A stretch of DNA of 64,000 nt. It comes from Andalucia godoyi And28. Lineage: Eukaryota > Protista > Jakobida. Of this stretch, positions 1 through 11,547 are shown in pieces. The notes under the pieces were generated by a model. That model searched no databases. It was not told where the DNA came from and saw only the letters and a list, made by a program, of their open reading frames with translations. The stretch covers positions 13,917 through 77,916 of the forward strand of contig VRVR01000005.1 of assembly GCA_009859145.1 (NCBI GenBank), in the 5' to 3' direction. Position 1 is the first letter of the stretch; every line of letters begins with the position of its first letter. Made by a program: the position numbers and the translations under genes.

Positions 1-29
<29 letters not shown>
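1..29. repeat. (TC)n microsatellite
   Basis: tctctc... run at the window start, just past the V-ATPase d stop codon. Confidence 0.95.
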
Positions 30-33
<4 letters not shown>

Positions 34-38
34 GCGGC

Positions 39-1085
39 TCAGAACAACGGAATGTACTGAGTAATTCTCTGGCGCTGGTCCTGTGCGATGCACTCTGCAA
101 TCCAGACGATGTTTCGGATCTCTTGTTCTTTCAGCTTCACCCAAGCATAGAAGATCCCAAAGTGGAACTGCTCTTCGAACGCCAGCTTGTTCAGCTTCAC
201 CTCGAATTCAAAGAAAAGGTCTTCTTGAGACTTTTCAGCGCTGAATCTTGCTTCGGAAAACATCTGCCTGTACTCTGCATAGGAATCCATTGCGGAGAAC
301 ACTGCATCCGAGTCCTCTGCTCGTGCGAGACGACCAAGACCGTCGGGATACAAGACTCCAAAATTGCAAAACAGCTGAGCACGGTCATCTCGGCTGAGCT
401 CCGTTCCAAAAGAGTTCATCGTGATGTTGATTGCTCTGCGGTCGGCTTCAAAGGACAAGATCCTGCTCATGACATCACATGTTGTGCCTCCCAAGCGCTG
501 CACGTAGTCGTAAAAATCTTCCAAGTACGCCTTGTACAGTGTGTTACGGATAATCTCGATGTTGAGCTCGTCTAGATCCTGCAGATCAATGCAGTTTGCA
601 AAATATGCGCCAATCTTCGTGTCTACCAGAACCGTTCGATACAGCTCAGCAGGGGAAGATGCTGCTGCAAGTGCCGCCATGGCCTCAAATGTGCCGAGCG
701 GATGGCATTTTTCGATAAGTTCGGACGTATCACGGCCATGCAGCGTCCCAGAAAGAACAAGGACAATGTTGTCAATCATGTAGCCGTATGTGATGTAATC
801 AAGGAAGGACGCAAGTGGTTCGACAGCCTGTGCACGCAAATGCATAAAGTCTTGGACAAGACGCTCCGTCGAGCGCTGAGCAATGACCGTGGTCTGCAGC
901 GGTGACGGCTCGTTTGCCAAAAAGTTGCCGTAATCCGTAGAAGCAAGGTGCAGCCGTACGTCTTCCAGAGTGTCGCACTGCGTGAGATTCTGGTAATCCG
1001 CAGACGACAGAAGCCCTTTCTTGTATCCGCGGACGATCGCCTCTGTGAACCCGTCGTCCACGTTGAACGAAAGCATTTGTCTCAT
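39..1085 (-). CDS. ATP6V0D: V-type ATPase V0 subunit d, intronless, 348 aa
   Basis: Family motifs [74 protein letters not shown]. Confidence 0.97.
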   Translation of the reverse strand: MRQMLSFNVDDGFTEAIVRGYKKGLLSSADYQNLTQCDTLEDVRLHLASTDYGNFLANEPSPLQTTVIAQRSTERLVQDFMHLRAQAVEPLASFLDYITYGYMIDNIVLVLSGTLHGRDTSELIEKCHPLGTFEAMAALAAASSPAELYRTVLVDTKIGAYFANCIDLQDLDELNIEIIRNTLYKAYLEDFYDYVQRLGGTTCDVMSRILSFEADRRAINITMNSFGTELSRDDRAQLFCNFGVLYPDGLGRLARAEDSDAVFSAMDSYAEYRQMFSEARFSAEKSQEDLFFEFEVKLNKLAFEEQFHFGIFYAWVKLKEQEIRNIVWIAECIAQDQRQRITQYIPLF

Positions 1086-1604
1086 TTTTCGGGTCTATTC
1101 TACGGTCCTTACAAAACTCACTCTCCCTCTCGCTCTCCCTCTCGCTCTCCCTCTCGCTCACACTCTCACTCGCCACTCACACTCTGACTTGCAATCGCAA
1201 TCGCAATCGCACACTAATCACTGAATACGACGCAATCCCAACAAAAGAATAAATAAATCCAATATGCATGTGGAAACGGAACGATACAAAAACTCGATAG
1301 TCGGAGACAAAACACAAAGCTGCAGGGTTACCGTACACTTCTGCGAGTGTAAGGAGGACGATGAGGAAATTTTCATCCGACATGTTTTATCCGCGCCCGA
1401 TTTTTTTTTCGTGACGGGGGTTTTTCTTTCTTTCTTTCTTCTCCAAGTGCAAACATGCAATTTGCATTTTCCCAAAATGTGCCTCCCGTTTCTCTGTTTC
1501 CTAGTTTAAAAAAAAATTCCTCCTCGAAAATAACCGTTCTGTTGACTTTCTCGTGTTGTGAAAGATTGTTCGTGTTTACCTTGTTGGAAAGATTCATCAC
1601 ATCG

Positions 1605-1931
1605 ATGTCGTCTACGAAAGCGTACAAATCGATTGCGGAGGTGGTTGCTGCTGGATATGCTCATCTTCCCAAATCGACGGTGACGAAGATTGTGAACTCG
1701 ACGTTTTCTGCGATAACGAGCGAGCTTGAAAAGACGGGATCGTCTCGTGTGTATGCCTTTGGAAAGTGGGAAGTCCGAACACGCGCTGCTCGCAAGGGTC
1801 GCAATCCACAAACTGGAGCGCCAATCGATCTCCCTGAAAAGAAGTACGTTGCGTTTCGTCCGTCGTCCATGCTCACCGAAAAGATTCGAGCAGCTCCTGA
1901 GGCTCCTGTAGAGACATCCAAGTCCGAATAA
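1605..1931 (+). CDS. hup: Bacterial-type histone-like DNA-binding protein HU/IHF (108 aa from ATG 1605; an upstream in-frame ATG at 1455 would add 50 aa)
   Basis: FGKWEVRTRAARKGRNPQTGAPIDLPEKKYVAFRPSSMLTEKI matches the HU beta-arm signature (FGtFevRxRaARxGRNPqTGexIxIPaxxvpxFkPgkxLkxxv). Confidence 0.92.
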   Translation: MSSTKAYKSIAEVVAAGYAHLPKSTVTKIVNSTFSAITSELEKTGSSRVYAFGKWEVRTRAARKGRNPQTGAPIDLPEKKYVAFRPSSMLTEKIRAAPEAPVETSKSE

Positions 1932-1998
1932 ACAATGAAATTGAAAATGAAATGAAAAAGAAGGAAAATATACATGTGTGTCTAGCCAGAGTTCTCCT

Positions 1999-2108
<110 letters not shown>

Positions 2109-2692
2109 CCAGGGACACGATCGGGAGGACTGGATGGCATGCCAACCCTGAAAATGGTGCAGTGGCAAAGGAAGCATTTGATCGTCCATACGTCATATCA
2201 CAGACATGCAGACGGACGCTCTGCGGCGTACTGCTAAAGTACAGTTTGAAACAAACAGAGAGTCAGAGACAGATCTGTTTTTTTAGCGACTGTAGCGGAT
2301 GTGTTTCCACGCACAACAAGGACAGAAAACAAAAAACAAAAAGAAATGCAGAAATCGAACTGAATGATCCGGCGGATTCTCTAACGGCGTTTGATCAAAA
2401 AAAAATAATAAAGAAAGAGAAAGAGAAAATGGGGCTTTTCTTATCTGGCCTGGCGGGATTCTCGGGTTTCCCTTTGTTTTTCCCAATTTACTTTTCCATT
2501 TTTCTCTCTCCTTTTTTCCTTTTGTTGTTTTTTCTTTTTTTCTTTTTTTCTTTCTTTTCTTTCTTTTTGATGTTGTTGTGTGGATCTGTGTGTGGGTCTG
2601 TGTGAGTGGGTGTTTATTCTTATTTGAATATTTTTCCAACTTGCCTTTTCTCGGTGTACGCGTTTGATATTCTGGAACATTTGGCAGCGAAA

Positions 2693-5194
2693 ATGCCGAT
2701 TACTCAGCGGTCGTCGTCAATTTCCTCTGTGAATGCAGCAGATATGCTTTATGTTGCTGCATCCGCTTCGTTGTCCGACGTTGTTCTTCAAGGCGGCTCG
2801 AAACTTGATCACCACAACAGTTCTGACAGCGACTCTCTGCCGATGATGATTCCAAGCGATGAAGGAGTCGGCTCGAACTTCAAGGTTGTCATTCGCGTTC
2901 GGCCTCCGCTGCCGAGAGAGATCTCGTCCGGGTCTTTTGCACACATTGCCCATCCAAACCCCAACCGAATCACAATTTCCGAAAGCATCCTTCCTGGAGG
3001 AGGCGCTGTGGAGAGAGACGTCGATGCTTCAGAGACAGAATCGACAGGATCGGCACCGGGAGCTGCTGCAGGCATCTACAACACGTATTCGTTTGCATTC
3101 GACTACGTCTATGATCAGAATGCGCGGCAGGTTGATGTGTACCAGAACACCGCTGCCCCTGCAGTGCTGTCGACCCTCCAGGGTTACAACGCCACCATTT
3201 TTGCATACGGACAGACCGGAACAGGTAAGACATACACCATGGAAGGAAGCGCAAACAGCGAGGAAGAGCACGGTATCATTCCGCGCGCGACCGAAGATAT
3301 CTTTAGTTACATTCAGAACTGTCCCGATTCCAAAAAGAAGTTCTTGGTCCGCGCCTCGTATTTGCAAATTTATAACGAAGTGATCTCGGATCTGCTGAAG
3401 CCGGAGCGCAAGAACTTGCAGATTCGCGAGGATAAGAAACGAGGAGTGTTTGTTGAGGGCTTGTCGGAATGGGTGGTGAGGTCTCCGTCGGAGATCACGG
3501 CATTGATGGAGCGCGGAGGCTCGATTCGAGCAACGGGGCAGACGAGAATGAATGAGCTTTCTTCGCGCTCGCATGCGATCTTCATCATCATCGTTGAGCA
3601 GGCTTCGGAACTGGAGAACGAGGACCAGTCTTTCAAGATTGGCAAGCTCAACTTGGTCGATCTCGCGGGATCCGAACGTGTCCGCTATACTGGTGCCACA
3701 GGTGTGCGTCTGGAGGAGTCCAAGAAGATTAATCAGTCGCTGTCCGCACTGGGCAATGTGATCGCTGCGCTGACCGATCCACGTGGGCGCTCGCACATTC
3801 CGTACCGAGACTCAAAGCTGACCCGTATTTTGGAAGATTCCCTAGGTGGAAACTGCAAAACCACAATGATGGCGATGATTTCTCCGGCGCTGGAGAGCTT
3901 TGCCGAGACACTCTCCACCCTAAAGTTTGCGAATCGTGCCAAGAACATTAAGAACGAGGCCCATGTCAACGAGGATCTCAACGAACGCGCACTGCTCCGA
4001 AAATATGAAAGGGAACTCAAGAGGCTACGTGCAGAGTTGGAGGCCAAATCCAAGAACGTCGTTGACAAGCGTCGATTGTTGGAGCTCGAGGAACAGAAAC
4101 GACGAGCGGAGGAAGATAAGCTTGCGGCGATCACGGCGTTGGAAAAGCGGAGCCGAGAATTCATGGCTGAAAAGGAGGCGAAGAGGAAGCTCGAAGAGCG
4201 AATCACAATGATGCAGTCCCAGCTTTTGATTGGCGGTATCACAATCGAGGATACTCCTGCGTTCAGGAATGCACTGCAAAATGAATTCCAGAGAGTGCAT
4301 AAAGAATATGAAGATCGACTTGCCCAGCTGGAAAAGGAGCGAGAGTCCATCGAAGAGGATAAGGCACAGGTTGACCGGTACAAACAGCTGTTGTTGAAAC
4401 AGCGAGATATTATGATTGCGCTGACTGCGCGATTGAACGAAAGGGACGAAACAATTCTTGCGCTTCAAGAAGAGCTAGATGCGTACGATCGCCAACAGCG
4501 TATGCTCGAAGATGCCCTCGACCAGAAGACCGCCAGTTTAATTCATCTTCAGCGCGTTGCCATGGAGTTCCATGCGAACTCCCCGGTGAAGAATACGCAG
4601 CTGGCACAGGCTCTTGGACTCGCGTCGAATCAGATCGGAATCATGATCGACTCTCACAGCGACCCGTTTGGCTCGGAGCGCGATCTTGACCAGTGGCGAG
4701 ACGACATTGAACAGTCTTCGACTAGAGGTGGCCAAAATGGTCGTGGGGATGATGTACCGGTTCGCTCAACGTCTGTTGATTTCTTGCTTGCGAAAAAGCA
4801 GGCAGAGGAGGAAAGAGACGTTCTAAAAGCCGAGCTCACGAGAGAGCGCTTGACAGTGGAAGCTTTTCGAGAGAAGGCCATTGGGCATGAGAAGGAGAAG
4901 GCTGCCCTGCGAACAATATTGGAATCAAAGATGAAGAGTCTGGTGGATTCCATTTGCAAGTCTGTAACAACCGTCGACGGCATTCCAGACCAGGTTCTTC
5001 GGGAGGTGTCGTCGCTGCAGAAGCTTGTGAACGCGTCGGTCACTGCGTTGAAGAACTCTGTTGGGGCGTCTTCAGCAAGCAACTCACAGAATGGCGCCGG
5101 TGGCGGTGGCGGTGCGTCCACAGGTGTGCTATCTGGGTCCAATCAGGCCAACACCCAGCGCAGCCACTTGTATTCAAAAAATAACAACCCCTAA
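2693..5194 (+). CDS. Kinesin motor protein with C-terminal coiled coil (833 aa from ATG 2693)
   Basis: FKVVIRVRP, P-loop FAYGQTGTGKTYTM, NELSSRSHAIF, LVDLAGSER, HIPYRDSKLTRILEDSLGGN; long heptad tail; subfamily not assigned. Confidence 0.95.
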   Translation: MPITQRSSSISSVNAADMLYVAASASLSDVVLQGGSKLDHHNSSDSDSLPMMIPSDEGVGSNFKVVIRVRPPLPREISSGSFAHIAHPNPNRITISESILPGGGAVERDVDASETESTGSAPGAAAGIYNTYSFAFDYVYDQNARQVDVYQNTAAPAVLSTLQGYNATIFAYGQTGTGKTYTMEGSANSEEEHGIIPRATEDIFSYIQNCPDSKKKFLVRASYLQIYNEVISDLLKPERKNLQIREDKKRGVFVEGLSEWVVRSPSEITALMERGGSIRATGQTRMNELSSRSHAIFIIIVEQASELENEDQSFKIGKLNLVDLAGSERVRYTGATGVRLEESKKINQSLSALGNVIAALTDPRGRSHIPYRDSKLTRILEDSLGGNCKTTMMAMISPALESFAETLSTLKFANRAKNIKNEAHVNEDLNERALLRKYERELKRLRAELEAKSKNVVDKRRLLELEEQKRRAEEDKLAAITALEKRSREFMAEKEAKRKLEERITMMQSQLLIGGITIEDTPAFRNALQNEFQRVHKEYEDRLAQLEKERESIEEDKAQVDRYKQLLLKQRDIMIALTARLNERDETILALQEELDAYDRQQRMLEDALDQKTASLIHLQRVAMEFHANSPVKNTQLAQALGLASNQIGIMIDSHSDPFGSERDLDQWRDDIEQSSTRGGQNGRGDDVPVRSTSVDFLLAKKQAEEERDVLKAELTRERLTVEAFREKAIGHEKEKAALRTILESKMKSLVDSICKSVTTVDGIPDQVLREVSSLQKLVNASVTALKNSVGASSASNSQNGAGGGGGASTGVLSGSNQANTQRSHLYSKNNNP

Positions 5195-5530
5195 TTTGCG
5201 CAACAAGGACATTCCAAAACAAAACAAAAACAAAATTAAATTAAATTAAAGCTGCATATCTTCGTAAACCACCACTTGTTCAGATTATATATTGTTCGCA
5301 TTTTCACTGCAGCTCCCCGAAACTCGGGAAATGCTTTGCCCAGGAATCCCGAGCGGCGGACACGGCTCTTCCAGTCTTTTCGCGTACGTTCTCAGCATTT
5401 ATTTAATTATTATTATTTTGCGTTTTTCATTCTTCTTTTTGGGTATTCTCTTCGTCCTGCGAGCCTGAGTGTCTTGTGTCTGAGTGTCTCTTCGCGGTCG
5501 ATTCTACATTGGTTCTCAAGTTCGCCATCA

Positions 5531-8173
5531 ATGGGCAATACGTCTGCACGAGAAATCATCCATGAAATATCGAGCATAAGCACCAGTTCTCCTGCATCAT
5601 CCCGCATCCGGGAATCAGGACTGGATTTGCAGTCACAGCCCGTTGATGCCGCCCTGCTCAACTCGTACATCTCCGTTCCGCCAGTCCAGATGCTCGCCGC
5701 TTGCAGCAGTCTGAAGGACCAGGTCCTCATAGAGTCGTATGTGTCGCCGCCAATTTGCCGCATTCATTACGTTGATGCCGCGATGGCAGCGACAGACATC
5801 TCCCACCTGCACAGGTTGCATCATCCCAACATTGTCTCCACGAAGGACCCAAAGGCAGTCCCGAGGTCTGCTACCGTGGACGGAGTACAGAAGCCGTCCT
5901 CTTCTTACGATTTGCTGCAGACCGCATCGGTGCTGCAGTTTTGCTCCACGCGCCAGACCCTAATCGTGCTGCCGGACGACGAGAAACTTCGAGGAATTCA
6001 TGATCTTGCTGCTGGATTCTCCTTCTTGCATACACAGTGCAACCTGACACACCAGAAGTTCTCTGTCGACTGTGCATTTGTCCGATCCGTCGGTTTCAGA
6101 AACTGGTGCCTCGGAATGTTCTGCGCGGCCTCCAAGGCTTCTCCGGAGAGTCTGCGCAAGGACTGCACGGACTTTGCAGTCTTTGTCGTGGAATCTCTGT
6201 GCGGAATCACGCAGAAACAATTTCTCGCTCTTTCTCTCTTGCAGTTGCAAGCTTGCTCCAGCGTGATCAAATTGTTTTCCGAAGATCTCGTGCTGCTCCT
6301 GCAGCAAATCCTTGCTTCTCCCGACACGGTGGCGGTCTCCAGGTTCATGGATGCCGTTAGACAATGCTCGTGCTTCTCGGAGAATCCATATGTTTCTTTC
6401 ATGAAGGCACTGCCAACAATTCACATCATGACGGATGCCCAGAAGGTCTCGCTGTTCCAGGATCTTGCGTCGTCGTTCCGGATGATCCCCGTGTCATTGC
6501 GGGAATCGAATGTTTTGGCAGCGCTGTTCACTCCGTCCGTTCTTTCAGAGCCAGCTTGCAGCCATATCCTGCGTACTGTCTTCTCCAAGGACACATTTCT
6601 GCCAGAAGATCGATTTTCCGAGGCACTGCTACCGCTCCTGGAAGATGCGGTGCTGTCTCGTAATCGCAATGTCCGTGCTCGTGTCCTGCAGTCTTTGGAC
6701 ATTATTTTGCCGCTTCTGGCGCCCCCGCTGCTTCGAGATGCGATCGTGCTTTGGTCAGACAACATCTCGGACTCCGATCCCGATCTCGTCAGGATTGCTG
6801 TCCCGGCATGGGTCTCCGTGGCCGAGTGGATGACTGCCAAATCGTCGGACCATGCATTTTCAGAGTGTTTTTCCGCCGTAAGCAGCGCGACATTCCGTGC
6901 ATTGCACCATGTTTCGGTTGCAAGCACAAGCGTGGAGGAGCGATGCCAAGCGCTGAGAACTCTCATTCTCGCGACTGGCCTTTGTGTTCGATCGGACGCT
7001 CCTGTGAACTCTAAAATTCTTCTCTCGGCTCTGGAACATAACTTCTTTGTGCAAAGAGCCGTTAGAGTGACAATGTTCTGTCTCGACGTTTTAATGGAGG
7101 TCACCTCTCCGTCGTTTTCGCTTCCGAGCGGCTCGGTCCCAGGGTCGCTTTTCACTGCCCACTACCTGGCATGTTTTTTGATTCCCCTGGTTTCCGCTCT
7201 GATTGTGTGTCCTCATGACAGGATATCGCAGAGAGCCTCCGAGAGCTTGCGACAGATGCATGACACCGTGCTATCCGGCCGTCAATTGCACGCCACCAAC
7301 CACACGTACGATCCCAGTCCTCCTGATGTTGGTGCAGACTTTCCGGATTCCAGCAATTGTCCGCTGGAGCGAAGTTCCGGGGATATGTTTGGCTTTCTTT
7401 CTAAAGGTGCGATGCAGTCTTCGCGGCCCTCCGTCTCATCAGCATCTGCAGCTACTCCGGAAATCGCTGTGCACGCTGTTGATGTCCAAAATTCAAGCCG
7501 AAATAATGTTGCTTCCAGCAAGACCCCAGCACATCATCGCGACGATGGCACTGTTAAGGAAGAACAAGGCTTGCCGTCTGTACGAAAGTCTCTGCAGACG
7601 TTTCTCCAATCCGACAGTCCCGATTTTTCGTCGTCTGCTGCAGTTTCTCGGTATCTCTCGCGTCCTGAAGCAGCAACAGCAGCTGGCAGAGAGTCAAGCG
7701 ATGTTTCCAAACAAGCAACCCGCGGCTCGCCTGCACCTCCGGTCGCTGTGAGTGTTCAAGAAGACGGAGGTGGTGACGACGACGATGACTGGGATGACTG
7801 GAATGCAGGCCACAGCAAACCAATTACTTTCCCGCAGCACACGACGAAGACGACGACTACTGCGACCGTTTCCGAAAAAGTGAGAGAACAATGGAACCCA
7901 ACTGTGTCTGAAGAAGATGAAGTTCAGCGCCTTCGAAAGCTCGCTCCGAAGAAGAAGCAAGAGGACGACTTTTTCGCCATGGTCGGTCTGGGGACTGGAA
8001 GTGCGCAATCTCAAAAGGGCCTCCGCCACTCGCCTGTTGCGAAGGGCGATGCCTCGAATTTCAATCCGCCGCCGACAAATGAAACCCACCATCCTACTAT
8101 CGCATCACACGATTCAGCAACAGACGCCGAGGCGGATGACAGCGCTTGGAACGACGAGATCCTTGATTTATAG
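5531..8173 (+). CDS. SCY1-like pseudokinase with HEAT repeats and a disordered tail; probable N-myristoylation (MGNTS)
   Basis: Degenerate kinase lobe (LHRLHHPNIV, LRGIHDLAAGFSFLHTQCNLTH), HEAT-like helices (RNRNVRARVLQSL), acidic DDWDDW/DDFF/AWNDE tail; start placed at ATG 5531, not the ORF-track TTG. Confidence 0.75.
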   Translation: MGNTSAREIIHEISSISTSSPASSRIRESGLDLQSQPVDAALLNSYISVPPVQMLAACSSLKDQVLIESYVSPPICRIHYVDAAMAATDISHLHRLHHPNIVSTKDPKAVPRSATVDGVQKPSSSYDLLQTASVLQFCSTRQTLIVLPDDEKLRGIHDLAAGFSFLHTQCNLTHQKFSVDCAFVRSVGFRNWCLGMFCAASKASPESLRKDCTDFAVFVVESLCGITQKQFLALSLLQLQACSSVIKLFSEDLVLLLQQILASPDTVAVSRFMDAVRQCSCFSENPYVSFMKALPTIHIMTDAQKVSLFQDLASSFRMIPVSLRESNVLAALFTPSVLSEPACSHILRTVFSKDTFLPEDRFSEALLPLLEDAVLSRNRNVRARVLQSLDIILPLLAPPLLRDAIVLWSDNISDSDPDLVRIAVPAWVSVAEWMTAKSSDHAFSECFSAVSSATFRALHHVSVASTSVEERCQALRTLILATGLCVRSDAPVNSKILLSALEHNFFVQRAVRVTMFCLDVLMEVTSPSFSLPSGSVPGSLFTAHYLACFLIPLVSALIVCPHDRISQRASESLRQMHDTVLSGRQLHATNHTYDPSPPDVGADFPDSSNCPLERSSGDMFGFLSKGAMQSSRPSVSSASAATPEIAVHAVDVQNSSRNNVASSKTPAHHRDDGTVKEEQGLPSVRKSLQTFLQSDSPDFSSSAAVSRYLSRPEAATAAGRESSDVSKQATRGSPAPPVAVSVQEDGGGDDDDDWDDWNAGHSKPITFPQHTTKTTTTATVSEKVREQWNPTVSEEDEVQRLRKLAPKKKQEDDFFAMVGLGTGSAQSQKGLRHSPVAKGDASNFNPPPTNETHHPTIASHDSATDAEADDSAWNDEILDL

Positions 8174-8243
8174 GCATTCTCCTTCATTTCCTCCATAAAT
8201 ATTTATTTTTTTTTAATTTCCTCGTTGCATCGATATTCGACAA

Positions 8244-11165
8244 TCACCTCCGCATTGATGGCCACTGGGAATAGTCCACTGAAAACTGAAATTCGCTTGG
8301 TGGTGGCGGCGCAGAAGGCTTCTTGGCAGAGGGTTTTAGTGCAGACGATTGCAGTGTCGCCGTAGGCGACGGAAGATCAGCTGGAAATGCCTGAGCAGGC
8401 AATCTCGCTTTGATATCATCAAGCTGTTTCTGCAGTTCGCTCAGCGCACACACAGACTCGTCGCGGATGGTGCACGCAAAATGCTCCCACTTGCCCCACA
8501 TGGTTTGTGCCTCGGAGGCAATTTGTTCCAAATGCGCCACTTTCTCATGTGAGCCCGCCTGACGCAGCATTTCGACTTCGTTCCGGAGCTGAATCAGGTC
8601 TCCGTACTCTGGATTGTTTTGGTACTGCTTGATTAAGGACGTCATCTTTTGCACAGCTGCCTGCAAAGTCGACGTCTCGACTCTGCAGTCTTGCAGTTGG
8701 CGGCGCATTTCGAGGATTTCGCCCTGCTTTGCTTGAATTTGCTTGGCAAGGAACTGCACAGCCCACTGCTTCGCCTTATCTTCTGATGCAGTGTCAGAAG
8801 AATCACTGCCATTGACAGCCTCTAGCCATCTCGATACTTCCGCTGCAGTAGCCTGCAGATGGTCATCTCTCTGGAGCAGATCTTGTTCAAAGCGCTGCGC
8901 AGAAGCATCCATAGAATGAATCAAGCTCTTATTCTCGGCCTTCAGTGCCTCGTACCTACTCTGAAATTCAGCGCTGGAACGAGTGACGAGGCTGTGACGC
9001 TTCTGGAGTTCGTCCACTTGCATCCTGATAAACTGATTTTCTTTCGCTTGTTCTGCAAAAACGTCAAGCGCGTGGCTATCGGTTCCGAAGAACAACCGTC
9101 TTTCGGCGTCCAATTGTGTTGCCAACGAAAACGCGAGAGATCGCAATGACGCGTTCTGTTCCGACAAGAACGAAGGTTCCCGATTGGCAGCATCGCTTTG
9201 CAAGCTCATCAAGGACGACTCCATGATCGCTTTGGCGACGGACTGGTTCGCTCTTGGTGGACAGCCTTGTTGGATCGCCGGGATGAGGTCAATCATGACA
9301 GGCCCCGCAAGAGACAATGATTCGGGCCGCTTTCCGTAAACGAGGTCTCCAATCTGCGACTGCACGGCTGCCACAGTCGCCGTCATCGTGGACACCGCCT
9401 GCTGAATTTGGTCGAGTAGCGCCAATTCTCCACCGGTCGTTTGAACGTCGGTATCATGGCGTTGCACATCCAGCGCATACTCCTTGTACGTTTTTAACGA
9501 TTCCGAAAGCAACTGCAGAGAACGAACAATGCTATCCATCGGATCGTCGGTATCTTCTTTCTGCAACCCGTGCGGCAGATCGAGGTGAATCCTTTCGGCA
9601 ACAGCACAAACGACATCGTGCAAATCTTCTCGAACAATCCGAAGGCTGCTCAGCTGATGATCCCAGTCGTGCTTGCTGGACTCCGGCTTGCCCTCTTCTT
9701 TCCTCTTTGGCCCCTCCGGTGTCAGAACAGGGAACGTCTCAACATCTTGGCTTCCGTCGATTTCGGCCAGCATATCATTAGTCGCACTGGGCATCATGAA
9801 GTCTCTGGTTTTCGCAGACTTTCTTACCGTCCTAGAAGGCGGTGTTTCCACATCACTGCTGTTGCGGTCAAGATCCTCCTCCGCCGCCGGTTGAAGCGAG
9901 GACTCGCGGAACCCCACTTTGCCCTTGGAATGCCCTTTTGCTTGTCTCTTCGACTTCACAAACGGTGCTGGATTAAAACGGTTTCCAATGCTTCGTGTTC
10001 CCACAAACGGCGTCTCTACATCCAACTCGCCGTCATCATTGTCCAAATCGTCATGCAACCGGCTGTGTCCATGCGAACCTTCTTCACCGTTGAGCTCAGG
10101 CTCCTCCTCCACCATCACCACCTGTTGTTGCTCCCTCTGCTGCTCTTGCCCAATGTTCTCATTTACATCCTCCTCAAACCCATCATCATAGTGATATCGA
10201 TCCTTCTTCTTATTCGCGGGGCCTTCTGCAGTCGGTTTTGCTGACAAACGCGACTGGGCGTGCTGTTCCTTGAGAATGCGAAGTTCTGTTTCCAGCCTGG
10301 CCTTTTCGATTTCTGCCTGCATGAGCCTCTCGGTGGTCCGTCCACGTGCGCCGATAAACGCAATCTCGTCCTTGTCCACCTCCATGGTCTGCGTAGGAAG
10401 GGTGGCTTTGATCTGCTCCTTGATGGACTGTCGCTTCGGCAAAGGTGAAGAGGACCCGGTACTCTGTGAGCCCTTCGCAGACAGGGGCAATGATGATGAT
10501 GATGACGACGACGACGACGGTTGATCACGACCTCCGCTGTGTTGTTTTCCGGCCCTCGAATGCAAGATTTGTATTGTATTATCATCTTCTGCTCCTCCAC
10601 CGCCTGTTACCGCGGTACGGTCATTCACACTTCCATGAGTATTATTACTGCTGCCCTTGGAATGCACGCGCTGCACGACGGCGCCCATTGGTGCCGTTTC
10701 TGTAGCTTCGGACTGCCATCTTCCGCTGTGATCCTTCACTTCAAACCGAAACGAGTGTTTGTCGTATCCAAACCGGATGTAATCGCCATTGAATAGATGC
10801 GATGACGAATTCTGGATGCGAATGTCATTAACAAACGTCCCATTTCGTGATCCAAGATCATAGATCATGACCATTGGACTCCTTCCATCGGCGGCTGCCG
10901 AGGCACCGGCAGTGGCATTTCCGTCCGTTCTCTTTCCGTGCGAAGCAGATTTTCTCGAGTAATCATCCGGGTTCTCTCGGAGAACGTGCTTCTTAGGAGA
11001 TGATCCTTGTGAAAGTGTGACATTCTCAATGCGCGCATGAAGCGAACTCACCGAGCGTGATTCCGGAAGCATCAAATCACATTCCTCTGCTCTTCCAATC
11101 GTTACTTTGGGATCCTCAAGTTCAAAGACAGCCTCTGAGCCACGCAGGACTGCCCAAACCCCCAT
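8244..11165 (-). CDS. N-terminal FHA-domain protein with a long coiled coil (973 aa)
   Basis: FHA motifs VTIGRAEECDL, SVSSLHARI, DLGSRNGTFVND, GDYIRFG; C-terminal heptads. Confidence 0.85.
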   Translation of the reverse strand: MGVWAVLRGSEAVFELEDPKVTIGRAEECDLMLPESRSVSSLHARIENVTLSQGSSPKKHVLRENPDDYSRKSASHGKRTDGNATAGASAAADGRSPMVMIYDLGSRNGTFVNDIRIQNSSSHLFNGDYIRFGYDKHSFRFEVKDHSGRWQSEATETAPMGAVVQRVHSKGSSNNTHGSVNDRTAVTGGGGAEDDNTIQILHSRAGKQHSGGRDQPSSSSSSSSSLPLSAKGSQSTGSSSPLPKRQSIKEQIKATLPTQTMEVDKDEIAFIGARGRTTERLMQAEIEKARLETELRILKEQHAQSRLSAKPTAEGPANKKKDRYHYDDGFEEDVNENIGQEQQREQQQVVMVEEEPELNGEEGSHGHSRLHDDLDNDDGELDVETPFVGTRSIGNRFNPAPFVKSKRQAKGHSKGKVGFRESSLQPAAEEDLDRNSSDVETPPSRTVRKSAKTRDFMMPSATNDMLAEIDGSQDVETFPVLTPEGPKRKEEGKPESSKHDWDHQLSSLRIVREDLHDVVCAVAERIHLDLPHGLQKEDTDDPMDSIVRSLQLLSESLKTYKEYALDVQRHDTDVQTTGGELALLDQIQQAVSTMTATVAAVQSQIGDLVYGKRPESLSLAGPVMIDLIPAIQQGCPPRANQSVAKAIMESSLMSLQSDAANREPSFLSEQNASLRSLAFSLATQLDAERRLFFGTDSHALDVFAEQAKENQFIRMQVDELQKRHSLVTRSSAEFQSRYEALKAENKSLIHSMDASAQRFEQDLLQRDDHLQATAAEVSRWLEAVNGSDSSDTASEDKAKQWAVQFLAKQIQAKQGEILEMRRQLQDCRVETSTLQAAVQKMTSLIKQYQNNPEYGDLIQLRNEVEMLRQAGSHEKVAHLEQIASEAQTMWGKWEHFACTIRDESVCALSELQKQLDDIKARLPAQAFPADLPSPTATLQSSALKPSAKKPSAPPPPSEFQFSVDYSQWPSMRR

Positions 11166-11547
11166 CCTCACACTTTGTGTCAATAACAACAACAGCAACA
11201 ACAATAATGGGAACTGTGCTCAGATGAAGAGAACTTCACAACTCAAAAACAAGCTCGGAAACTGTTTCACGGATTTGCCGTTTCAACTTTTCACCAACGA
11301 TGCGGCGATTCGGATGAGTTCCCAAAACAAAGGAAGGGTGTCTACGATCGACGGATAATGGCTGAAAAAATTGGAACCTTTTTGGACATTTGGGACTGGG
11401 CTGCAGTGCTTTCCGCTTCCGCAAGCGTCGCATGCTTGTGGGAATCTAATCCAAATTATTCAACAAAAACAAAAACAAAATAAACAAAATAAAGAAAGAA
11501 AAATAGAAAACGAGCGTTGGTGGCCTTTTCGTTGAGCGAAGGATGAC

